Below are positions 28,864 through 50,843 of a stretch of 64,000 bases of DNA, piece after piece. The translations under genes and the position numbers were made by a program. The notes under the pieces were generated by a model that was not told the origin of the DNA, searched no databases, and saw only the letters and a program-made list of their open reading frames with translations. Position 1 is the stretch's first letter. The number at the start of each line of letters is the position of its first letter. This DNA is from Tubulanus polymorphus (Eukaryota > Animalia > Nemertea): assembly GCF_964204645.1 (NCBI RefSeq), contig NC_134029.1, positions 62,001 to 126,000 of the forward strand. Direction: 5' to 3'.

Positions 28864-29092
28864 CAAATATTAAAGCCATTCCTAAAGTACAAGTCACCAT
28901 TAATGATGCTGTACTTCTATAACCGATATTAAAATAAACGGCCCATTCAACCATTAGAATTCCAACCGTTAAATGTAACCCTCCTAATACTATAAATATC
29001 CCCGCAGCGGCCAGGACCAAACAGCATCCTTCAACTTTACCGGGCTCTTTAAAATCACCCGTCACATCAACACTTTCCTCCCTATCAGTCAT
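28864..29092 (-). CDS. Second intact alternative first coding exon of MCT copy 2
   Basis: MTDREESVDVTGDFKEPGKVEGCCLVLAAAGIFIVLGGLHLTVGILMVEWAVYF...ALIF, then G|gtaagt. Same phase-1 donor as 28491-28260. Confidence 0.75.
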
Positions 29093-29605
29093 GCTGTCAG
29101 TATAACCGCTAACAGCGGTGTGTATATATTCACTATAGAGTGTTATTGGGAAAAACAGTAAGCATTGTGACAATATAACGAATACAATCGTGCCGGTTTA
29201 TTTAAAAAACGTCTGTCTCGTCGTTCTAGTTTCTTGACGCCATGAAAACTTACGTTACAATAATATGAATTGATACCTCGTATGCTAAACCAGGGGCGGG
29301 TGACTACTTTTTGACAAAAAGTGTCAGTGAAAAGGCAGGAATTTAGTATTTGAAATTATATTACACATGTTTATATACAGGATGGTAGAATAAATAATTG
29401 ATATGTGATTATAAAATAATCATAAATTATCATGAAATTTGAATTTAGGCCAAGTTGACTTTGCCATGAATAATACTAGATTTCCGCGCGGGGCCCGGAT
29501 TATGAACCATTCAAACAAAGTATACTCAGGCCTACGCCGTGGCCTTCTACCTTTATGAACCCTTTCAAAACTCATCTTGTCTTGATTTTGCTCACCGGTA
29601 TCTTA

Positions 29606-29718
29606 CCTTCAGGACTGCTATTTTTCCATATGAATCTCCTGCTACGCCCGTGGGACTGCCCAGGTTTTCAACAGCACGAAAAAGCAAGTTCTTTTTCAGT
29701 TCAGTTGCCGTTTATATA
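29606..29718 (-). promoter_or_regulatory. Candidate TATA box and non-coding 5' exon of the MCT locus
   Basis: On the minus strand, TATATAAA (~29718-29711) is followed ~105 nt later by a GAAG|GTAAGA donor at 29606. Confidence 0.35.
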
Positions 29719-30294
29719 TTCCGGTAGATGGCGAATGAGTAGTTATCGCGTGGTTGACGTGACCTGATTGCGGTATGAATTACTTCCTTGTTTGTACAAG
29801 TTTTCAGTATACAATTTACGAGTACTATAGACACACATATATACATATATATATATATACTGTACTGACACACAGTACTGCGACCATACTCGCACAGTAG
29901 ATTGTGACATTCACCCAGAAATGGAAAGTAAATTCCTTTGATTTGACTAATTCCTTTGGTCCGGTAAGTGTAAATATCTACTAACTTTCCACATTTGCAG
30001 CACTCTTTAAGAGTTTGGTTTTTGAATTAAGCAGAAGTTTTAATTTCTATATCAATTACTAAATCATGAGTCATTTTCATTATATTAATCTTTCTGGGCG
30101 CTATCACTGTATATACATATAGCACATGAGAGTCTGTACGGTGGGGTTGACACGTGACAGTACAAACCACTGACCTCGTTTCAGATCGAAAACAATTTTT
30201 GTTTACAGATTTGTTCGTTTCTAGAAAGAGCACGCCTATAGAATGTTATATCTAATGAGTATTTTCTACGGTTTCCTGATGTTGATTCTCGATT

Positions 30295-30450
30295 GTCGAG
30301 TGGGACTAGAATCCGGTTCCATCATCAGCTCGTCGAGTGGGACTAGAATCCGGTTCCACAATCAGCTCGTCGAGTGGGACTAGAATCCGGTTCCATCATC
30401 AGCTCGTCGAGTGGGACTAGAATCCATCCAGTTCCACCACAATCAGCTCG
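30295..30450. repeat. ~37-bp tandem repeat (4 copies)
   Basis: gtcgagtgggactagaatccggttcca..atcagctc repeated. Confidence 0.9.
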
Positions 30451-30860
30451 GCAAAAATTAATGTTACCCGAAATTGTTTAAACACTGAAAACATAACTAA
30501 TTTAAACCCCGGGCCGAGTTTAAGCCAGCAGCAAGAACTGCTGGCTCCGGAGACCAAATGTATCAATATGAAACTTAGCGCCTAAGCCCTGTACCTGCGG
30601 TGAGGCCCTTGCACATATATATGTATATGGTACGTGACATTTCGACGGCTCTGATACTAACTGGAATCATGTAAATGTATATAATATCATTATATCAATA
30701 TATTTAACCTGCATTCATTCAATTCTCTGTGATCTAATAAAACCAGCCATAAATTACACCCTTCCATTATTTCACACATACACTCATATATTATATGTAT
30801 ATATTATTATTGGGAAATTTTCTGATGTTATGGAGTGTGTTTGTCTGGGTAAGTGTATGA

Positions 30861-31352
30861 TACTTTAGCTGGGTATGTCTAATACTATAGCTGGGTATGT
30901 CTGATATTATGGCTGGGTATGTCTGATATTATGGCTGGGTATGTCTGATATTATGGCTGGGTATGTCTGATATTATGGCTGGGTATGTCTGATATTATGG
31001 CTGGGTATGTCTGATATTATGGCTGGGTATGTCTGATATTATGGCTGGGTATGTCTGATATTATGGCTGGGTATGTCTGATATTATGGCTGGGTATGTCT
31101 GATATTATGACTGGGTATGTCTGATATTATGGCTGGGTATGTCTGATATTATGGCTGGGTATGTCTGATATTATAGCTGGGTATGTCTGATATTATGGCT
31201 GGGTATGTCTGATATTATGGCTGGGTATGTCTGATATAATGACTGGGTATGTCTGATATTATGGCTGGGTATGTCTGATATTATGGCTGGGTATGTCTGA
31301 TATTATAGCTGGGTATGTCTGATATTATGGCTGGGTATGTCTGATATTATGG
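30861..31352. repeat. 22-bp minisatellite (~22 copies)
   Basis: ggctgggtatgtctgatattat repeated. Confidence 0.95.
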
Positions 31353-31532
31353 AGTATATGAGATATGTCTTCTGGAATTTTTAGCACGTTAGACTGCGTA
31401 GATATGGTGTGAATGTTGATATAATTAGACTTTGAATAAAAACCGTGGGTTTTTCAGAAATTTGATAAATTCTGTTCTACGGTGAATCAATTCGACAAAT
31501 AGGACGCGTACAGCGCAAACCACGCGAGGCTA

Positions 31533-31672
31533 GGGCTCAGTTGCACAGTCGTGATTGTAGTCCAGAACTGGCCTCAAAAATATGAAGATTGGTCTTAGTT
31601 GTTAGATTAGCTGTAGAACTAATTCGGTCTAAAGACTGGTCTTAAATCTAAACCATGATTGTGCAACAGATC
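31533..31672. mobile_element. Short MITE-like element
   Basis: gctcagttgcacagtcgtgatt at the left is the imperfect inverse of aaccatgattgtgcaacagatc at the right. Confidence 0.45.
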
Positions 31673-31849
31673 GCATGAAAATGTTACAATTAAGTTTTTG
31701 GTGTAATTGCTAAACATCATGAGGTCAGCAATTCAAACTTAACCGTTTTCAGCTTAAACTTATTCACGAAACTGATGACAAATTCTATTACTGTCTAATT
31801 AGCTATTGCTATGTACGTATATACACATTTTACTAGATATGATTTTAAG

Positions 31850-32006
<157 letters not shown>

Positions 32007-32070
32007 GATTTAAAGTAATCAAGTCTATATTTAATTCACGCAGGTGACGTCTAATCTACAGTGAAATACA

Positions 32071-42019
<9,949 letters not shown>

Positions 42020-42377
42020 TAAACATTGTTGAACGCGTTACTAGGCGACTGACTGTATGACGTCATCAATCACGTGTAAGAACTGTAAATAAGAATGAGG
42101 AGTTTTAACTCTACTCAAAATACAGAGTTTTATTGTAAATAGATGCGCACGCATGCAGGTCGGATAAAGGGGTTGGAAGCGCATTAAAGGTGCTAATTTT
42201 ATAGAATGAAAATTTAATTAATTAGATTCTGAATTTAAAGAGATTTAACTGATGAATGATTTAAAGGCTGATATTATAAGCCACTTATAGATGATATATT
42301 TGAACCGAGATTATTATGTAAATTGAATTTTATATGTAGTATATTAATTATCATGAATAAAAGAAAATTCAATGTAT

Positions 42378-44278
42378 ATTGTATTGGCGTATTGTATGAT
42401 GGTGTATTGTATGATGGTGTATTGGTGTATTGTATGATGGTGTATTGGTGTATTGTATGATGGTGTATTGGTGTATTGTATGATGGTGTATTGGTGTATT
42501 GTATGATGGTGTATTGTATGATGGTGTATTGGTGTATTGTATGATGGTGTATTGTATGATGGTGTATTGGTGTATTGTATGATGGTGTATTGGTGTATTG
42601 TATGATGGTGTATTGTATGATGGTGTATTGGTGTATTGTATGATGGTGTATTGGTGTATTGTATGATGGTGTATTGGTGTATTGTATGATGGTGTATTGG
42701 TGTATTGTATGATGGTGTATTGTATGATGGTGTATTGGTGTATTGTATGATGGTGTATTGTATGATGGTGTATTGGTGTATTGTATGATGGTGTATTGGT
42801 GTATTGTATGATGGTGTATTGTATGATGGTGTATTGGTGTATTGTATGATGGTGTATTGGTGTATTGTATGATGGTGTATTGGTGTATTGTATGATGGTG
42901 TATTGTATGATGGTGTATTGGTGTATTGTATGATGGTGTATTGGTGTATTGTATGATGGTGTATTGTATGATGGTGTATTGGTGTATTGTATGATGGTGT
43001 ATTGGTGTATTGTATGATGGTGTATTGGTGTATTGTATGATGGTGTATTGGTGTATTGTATGATGGTGTATTGTATGATGGTGTATTGGTGTATTGTATG
43101 ATGGTGTATTGTATGATGGTGTATTGGTGTATTGTATGATGGTGTATTGGTGTATTGTATGATGGTGTATTGTATGATGGTGTATTGGTGTATTGTATGA
43201 TGGTGTATTGTATGATGGTGTATTGGTGTATTGTATGATGGTGTATTGGTGTATTGTATGATGGTGTATTGTATGATGGTGTATTGGTGTATTGTATGAT
43301 GGTGTATTGTATGATGGTGTATTGGTGTATTGTATGATGGTGTATTGGTGTATTGTATGATGGTGTATTGTATGATGGTGTATTGGTGTATTGTATGATG
43401 GTGTATTGTATGATGGTGTATTGTATGATGGTGTATTGGTGTATTGTATGATGGTGTATTGTATGATGGTGTATTGGTGTATTGTATGATGGTGTATTGG
43501 TGTATTGTATGATGGTGTATTGTATGATGGTGTATTGGTGTATTGTATGATGGTGTATTGGTGTATTGTATGATGGTGTATTGTATGATGGTGTATTGGT
43601 GTATTGTATGATGGTGTATTGTATGATGGTGTATTGGTGTATTGTATGATGGTGTATTGTATGATGGTGTATTGTATGATGGTGTATTGGTGTATTGTAT
43701 GATGGTGTATTGGTGTATTGTATGATGGTGTATTGGTGTATTGTATGATGGTGTATTGTATGATGGTGTATTGGTGTATTGTATGATGGTGTATTGGTGT
43801 ATTGTATGATGGTGTATTGGTGTATTGTATGATGGTGTATTGGTGTATTGTATGATGGTGTATTGTATGATGGTGTATTGGTGTATTGTATGATGGTGTA
43901 TTGTATGATGGTGTATTGGTGTATTGTATGATGGTGTATTGTATGATGGTGTATTGTATGATGGTGTATTGGTGTATTGTATGATGGTGTATTGGTGTAT
44001 TGTATGATGGTGTATTGGTGTATTGTATGATGGTGTATTGGTGTATTGTATGATGGTGTATTGGTGTATTGTATGATGGTGTATTGGTGTATTGTATGAT
44101 GGTGTATTGTATGATGGTGTATTGGTGTATTGTATGATGGTGTATTGGTGTATTGTATGATGGTGTATTGTATGATGGTGTATTGGTGTATTGTATGATG
44201 GTGTATTGGTGTATTGTATGATGGTGTATTGGTGTATTGTATGATGGTGTATTGGTGTATTGTATGATGGTGTATTGG
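42378..44278. repeat. 1.9-kb two-unit satellite (15-bp TGGTGTATTGTATGA with optional 8-bp TGGTGTAT)
   Basis: Near mutation-free, irregular mixture of 15- and 23-bp units between the convergent CYFIP and GALNT 3' ends. Confidence 0.97.
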
Positions 44279-44618
44279 AATAATTCAGTATAACTGTTAG
44301 ACATTGATAAACGGCACTGATTCTAAGGGAACGTGGAGGTGGAGGGGAGGAGGAGGAGGGGAGGAGGAGGAGGAGAGGAGGAGGAGAGGGAGGAGGAGGG
44401 GAGGGAGGAGGAGAGGGAGGGGGAGAGACACGAGCGGGTGAATTTAAGGGTGAACGATGAATTCGATGAACTGGTCGTACATGGATTAATAATAGATTGA
44501 GTCTCATCTCCAGCTATATTCATGAACTAACTCACGTTACTCCACAATAGACGTGATCTAAATACAAACCAGGTCCCCTGATCATCAAATCTGATTACAA
44601 TATCTACACTTACCAAAA

Positions 44619-44895
44619 ACTGTGGAACTGCACTGTGGAACTGGATACTGAACTGTGGAACTGAGTCTAGAACTGTGGAACTGAGTCCAGAACTGTGGAA
44701 CTAAGTCCAGAACTGTGGAACTGAGTCCAGAACTGTGGAACTAAGTCCAGAACTGTGGAACTGAGTCCAGAACTGTGGAACTGAGTCCAGAACTGTGGAA
44801 CTGAGTCTAGAACTGTGGAACTGAGTCCAGAACTGTGGAACTAAGTCCAGAACTGTGGAACTGAGTCCAGAACTGTGGAACTGAGTCCAGAACTG
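44619..44895. repeat. 20-bp minisatellite
   Basis: gaactgtggaactgagtcca repeated. Confidence 0.95.
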
Positions 44896-44946
44896 GTTCT
44901 AGCAGTCAATAATTAAGTAAATCCATTCTATGTAAACGTGTATTAT

Positions 44947-47900
44947 TTATTGATTACCCATTAATTTAGTATAAGTTGAGAATTTCCACAATTGATGATT
45001 TTGTCGATCAGAATTACATTTAGTTAAAAACAACGATTGATCATTCATATAATCTAAACACAGACCACTCTGTACGTGAACTATCCGACCATTCTACAAC
45101 AATAAACAATACAGCAATCAATATAAGTCGATTCTTAGATTATATACAAATTAGGTTCCAGATATATGCAAATAAGATTTCATTTAAGAAGCTACATATT
45201 TGGTCTAGTCGGTAGAGCATAAGGCTTTAAACCCGAGGGTCCGGGGTTCGAGTCCCATACCGATGGTCTACACTTTTTTTTACCTTACTTGCGCAGTTTT
45301 TTATTTAAGCTTGATATCGATTAAAAACTGTTTGCTGAGTTTAAGCTGAATGGCTGATTTTAAAATCCCTTGCCCCCTCCCCCTCCCTCCACAGACGGGT
45401 ATACAGTGATTATTTACCGGTTTATGGAGCCAGGTATCATTGACAATCCGACAGGGATATGATATAAGTCTTTGAATTCCGCCCTGGACGTGTCTGGCAA
45501 CACAACTATCAGCATCAACTTCTAAACGATTCGTCGGCGTTAAACTGAAAAACTAACCATACAAAATAACAGTTAGTGAGCGACCCCTAGTGAGAGGGCC
45601 CCTAAATAGTGCAGCCCCAAAAAGTGGGGCCCTTGTTAGTGCAACCCTAGTTCATAGACTAGTAACACTCCAGTTAGTATGCGAACCCTACTGAGTAACA
45701 CTACAGTTAGTATGCGACCCCTGGTGAGTAACACTACAGTTAGCATGCGACCCCTGGTGAGTAACACCCCAGTTAGTATGCGACCCCTGGTGAGTAACAC
45801 CCCAGTTAGTATGCGACCCCTGGTAACACCCCAGTTAGTATGCGACCCCTGGTGATTAACACCCCAGTTAGTATGCGACCCCTAGTGAGTCCCACCCCAG
45901 TTAGTATGCGACCCCTAGTGAGTAACACCCCAGTTAGTATGCGACCCCTAGTGAGTAACACTACAGTTAGTATGCGACCCCTAGTGAGTCCCACCCCAGT
46001 TAGTATGCGACCCCTAGTGAGTAACACCCCAGTTAGTACGCGACCCCTGGTGAGTAACACCCCAGTTAGTACGCGACCCCTACTGAGTAACACTACAGTA
46101 AGTATGTGACCCCTAGTGAGTAACAACCCAGTTAGTATGCGACCCCTGGTGATTAACACCCCAGTTAGTATGCGACCCCTAGTGAGTAACACTACAGTTA
46201 GTATGCGACCCCTAGTGAGTCCCACCCCAGTTAGTATGCGACCCCTAGTGAGTAACACCACAGTTAGTATGCGACCCCTAGTGAGTAACACTACAGTTAG
46301 TATGCGACCCCTAGTGAGTCCCACCCCAGTTAGTATGCGACCCCTAGTGAGTAACACCCCAGTTAGTACGCGACCCCTGGTGAGTAACACCCCAGTTAGT
46401 ACGCGACCCCTACTGAGTAACACTACAGTTAGTATGTGACCCCTAGTGAGTAACAACCCAGTTAGTATGCGACCCCTGGTGAGTAACACCCCAGTTAGTA
46501 TGCGACCCCTGGTGAGTAACACCCCAGTTAGTACGCGACCCCTACTGAGTAACACTACAGTTAGTATGTGACCCCTACTGAGTAACACTACAGTTAGTAT
46601 GCGACCCCTGGTGAGTAACACCCCAGTTAGTATGCGACCCCTGGTGAGTAACACCCCAGTTAGTACGCGACCCCTACTGAGTAACACTACAGTTAGTATG
46701 CGACCCCTAGTGAGCAACACCCGAGTTAGTATGCGATCCCTGATGAATAACACCCCAGTTAGTATGCGACCCCTGGTGAGTAACACCCCAGTTAGTATGC
46801 GACCCCTGGTGAGTAACACCCCAGTTAGTATGCGACCCCTGGTGAGTAACACCCCAGTTAGTATGCGACCCCTGGTAACACCCCAGTTAGTATGCGACCC
46901 CTGGTGATTAACACCCCAGTTAGTATGCGACCCCTAGTGAGTAACACTACAGTTAGTATGCGACCCCTAGTGAGTAACACCCCAGTTAGTATGCGACCCC
47001 TAGTGAGAGAGCCCGCTAATAATGCGATCCAGTGGGTTGACCCCCCAGTTACTGGTCTCTCTGACTGGGAGACCAGTAACAGTGGGATCCAGTCTGACTG
47101 AGTCTGGAGTGGACTAGTCGATTCTGTTATTACCCTATAATCTCCAAACTTAACACAATATTTACAATGTATTCAAATCATTACTTTATTCATAAATAAA
47201 TAGATATTTTACCTGGTTTCCTCCCTGCCCGTGACAGACCATTAGACTCATATGATCCTGGCGACCTTTCTTATCAACGCAATGATTCGTAAAACCATTT
47301 CGAATCTGAAAATGAAAAGTAAAATGATTGAGATTTGATACCAGTTGTACTATACCAGCTAAACCGCTTATATTTAGCACCAGTCCAGTGTAAGCTGATT
47401 ATGGATGAGGTGGAAAGGGATGAGAGGGAGGAGAGAGGAGAGGAGAGGAGTGAGGATGAGAGGGAGGTGACGGATGAGGGGAGGAGAGGAGGAGAGGAGG
47501 AGGAGGAGGAGGAGGAGAGGGGAGGAGAGGGAGGAGGGAGGCGAGGGAGGAGGGGAGGAGAGGGAGGAGGGAGGTGAAGGAGGAGAGGAAGGAGGTATGC
47601 TTACCTCGCCGTTCGCTTTGTTCTGAAATGAAGGTCGATACATCTCCGGGTAAATATTATCTAAATACCAACTAAAACTTTTACACTTCAATTGTTTTCG
47701 GAGAAGTTTTCTAGCTGTGACGTCACCGAAATTTTGGCCGCGAAGGTGACCCCGTTTTCTGTAGAATATCTCTTTATACTCATCGAGCCAAACCTCGGCG
47801 ATTCTCATACAGTTGCGCAGAAACGTAACGACGTTTCCATCCGGGAACTTATAGGGCTGCGAGTTGCGGAATATATGACCGACGTGTGAACAGGGAACGA

Positions 47901-50748
47901 TCTCTATAGAACCGCCACACATCCAAACCTTGAAAATCAGAAACATTTCACTTTATCGCTCTGCATTCATTCTACAGTTCCACAAACAGCAGCAGCAGCA
48001 ACAGCAGCAGCTACATTTTACCTTGAAAGATAATTCTAAATTCTCTCCACCCCAAATATCCAGTCCTGGATCATACATTCCCAGCTCCAGGAAATAGGAT
48101 TTGTCGATTGCGAACAATCCACCAGCCATTGTTGGGGATCTGTTGATGAAAATGTTTAGAATATATCAATTATGTATATACTGTAACATTTAAACCTCCG
48201 TAACAATCATAATTAAACGGTGACAGTGAGAACCAGTGATCAGTTCAATGGAGGCGAATTTTGTAGTAATTGGATGAATTAATTGACGGTTTGTTGTCAG
48301 AAGCTCGTGACTAAAAGTGGCAACGTATGACGTCTCTGATTTCAAATAACATCGTTAACATCAGTAGATAAACTACTTCTAATAATAATTCGAATTATTT
48401 TTGTTCGATTCTTCATAATCAGCTCTATCGTCTCTATATTCGTGTGCGTCGTTCATTCCACAAATAGTTCATCTTTATTCATAGTGAAAGTGACGTCATA
48501 GCTAAGGACATTCATTACGTTGGTGATTTATACAAATGATGATTTTTAGTTAGTAAATTGAATTAGAAACACAAATCAGGACTCGAGAATAGAGATGACT
48601 TCAGTAATGTAACGACTTATCCAAGTTTGACTGTTTATTTGGCTTATCACGAGCCGAGACGATTATGTGAATATCGTTGACCTGTTTGAATCGAAGGTGG
48701 GTCTCCTGGTAAAGCTAGATTACCCTTTTGGAGAATGATAAGCATTGAGCTGCTGTACTAAGCCTTACACTAAGAAGCCTGCACTTCAGCAGGGATCCGA
48801 AGTATTTTTTTACTATTTCATCAAAAATGCAGTTCTAAGCCGCGCCTCAGAATCAGAGAGACAGGAATTTAATTGTGAACGCATTCCACGCGTTACTAAC
48901 TGGTGACGGATGACGCAATAATCTGCGTGAAATTTCAGTTTATAGTTCCAGCTCACAATATGGCTCCGTTTTATTACCGGGAATAAAAGGATTCGAACCC
49001 GCTGACGAGAGTGGCGGGTTTATAGCTTATTAATGAATAGTTTAATCGAAAATAATTGTTTCATTAGGCTTCGTCAGTCTTCTATTAATTGATCGTCGAC
49101 TGTTATACGCTATCCACGAGGCACACGCTATTTCAGATATAACAACACTGACTAGAAGATAATATCAGTTTCAAATTTAGAAAAGAATGAGACTGGTTGA
49201 ACCATCTACAACCAGACGCCCTATAAACAAAAAAGAATTACGATCCTAAAAGAAATGAAGAAATACACCGTTATATACCGCTTACTGATTACTGTATTTC
49301 ATAGTAAGAAAACATATAACAATTTTTTGGAATTGCGATATCAACCTCGACAAATAATGAAGATTACACATCAGAATAAAAATTCAATCTTTGTATCGCC
49401 TCAATTCCTATTTCAAATATTCGCTGTTAAAGGTCACTGCACACAATGTTGTGTGTTCGCTGTATCCAATATTTACATGTAACAGTTAATTGAATCAATT
49501 AAAGAGAAAATAGTAGGAGTGACGGACTGCGCGTGCGTGGGATTCATTGTAAATATACAAGTGTCAAATAAGTAGATATGCAAATGAATTGCAAATTTAA
49601 ATGATATCCTTGACCTCAGGCAGTAAGATCAGTTCAAGATAAAAAAAAGATATGGGAGGAGTCCGTTACATCGAATACTTCGCTTAAGGAATTTAAAAAA
49701 GACAAGCGCCCGGTATGGGACTCGAACCCAGGACCCTCAGGTTAAAAGCCTGATGCTCTACCGACTGAGCTAACCGGGCTGCTGCTCCATTGTACTAATA
49801 ATCAGAATTTCGAAAAACCTGTCGACTTATGTAAATGAGATGCAAAAAAGATGTGAGGTAACTCACCTGATTGGGTAAGATTTATCGGGTCTGTTTTTGA
49901 GTACATCATGAGGTACATTGCCCCAACTGAACTGTAGAGTCCATTGAAACACACCTCGAGTGTTCTCATCTACAGCACCATAACTACAAAATACAAAACC
50001 TACATCTCTATACCGCGTAAGAATTTACCCCTGGCACGTGAGTCCTTGTGGGCTAGAATGAAACTATTGGGAAGTAAGGAGACCCTGGGAAGTGAGGTAG
50101 AGTGGTTATTCAACTATTAAGATATCGACGAAATCGCTATAAAAAATATCGGAAAACTTCACAGGAAATTATGTTTAAACAATTCTTCTGTAAGCTGAGT
50201 GTTTGCTGAATATTGATTTAATTTATGTAAACTATCAATAGATTTATCACAGAAAACTTACTCGTTGAGGGGATCTGGAGGAGTCCACGGGTAGTCTATA
50301 GGGAGTCTGGGGTATCTGGAGGAGTCCACAGGTAGTCTATAGGGAGTCTGGGGTGTCTGGAGGAGTCCACAGGTAGTCTATAGGGAGTCTGGGGTGTCTG
50401 GAGGAGTCCACAGGTAGTCTATAGGGAGTCTGGGGTGTCTGGAGGAGTCCAAAGGTAGTCTATAGGGAGTCTGGGGTATCTGGAGGAGTCTTAAGGAGTA
50501 GGGAGTCTGAATATGTGTGGGGAGTCCGATAGGAAAGGATTCTATCATACAATAATAAAAGAAGTTGCACTTTGATGGCAAATATCGGTCAGTAATATAC
50601 ATAGGAACTATAATGATAAAAGTTTAATATCAGATCATTTTAACGTTAGGTTTAGAATCAAAGCCTCCAGAATATTTCGGTAGATAATGTTGTAACTATT
50701 GGTCAGTGTGACACGTATAAACAGTGTTGATGTCAAACAGGTAAAAGT

Positions 50749-50843
<95 letters not shown>

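Noticed and set aside
29555-29767. 70-aa ORF with a hydrophobic N-terminus
   Set aside because: No splice or homology support; overlaps a plausible minus-strand TATA/UTR exon.
30295-31352. Regular repeats resembling a CRISPR array
   Set aside because: Direct tandem units without unique spacers, no cas genes, eukaryotic context.
42274-44507. 676-aa and 712-aa His/Tyr/Thr-rich ORFs
   Set aside because: Translations of a satellite lacking stops on one strand; units of 15 and 23 bp shift frame freely, so there is no codon constraint.
45194-45266. Ochre-suppressor tRNA (anticodon TTA)
   Set aside because: Acceptor stem unpaired and two anticodon-stem mismatches; best explained as a decayed tRNA-Lys.
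45806-47101. [11 protein letters not shown] / [11 protein letters not shown] repeat ORFs
   Set aside because: 33-bp intronic minisatellite, open on both strands, with scattered stops and indels.
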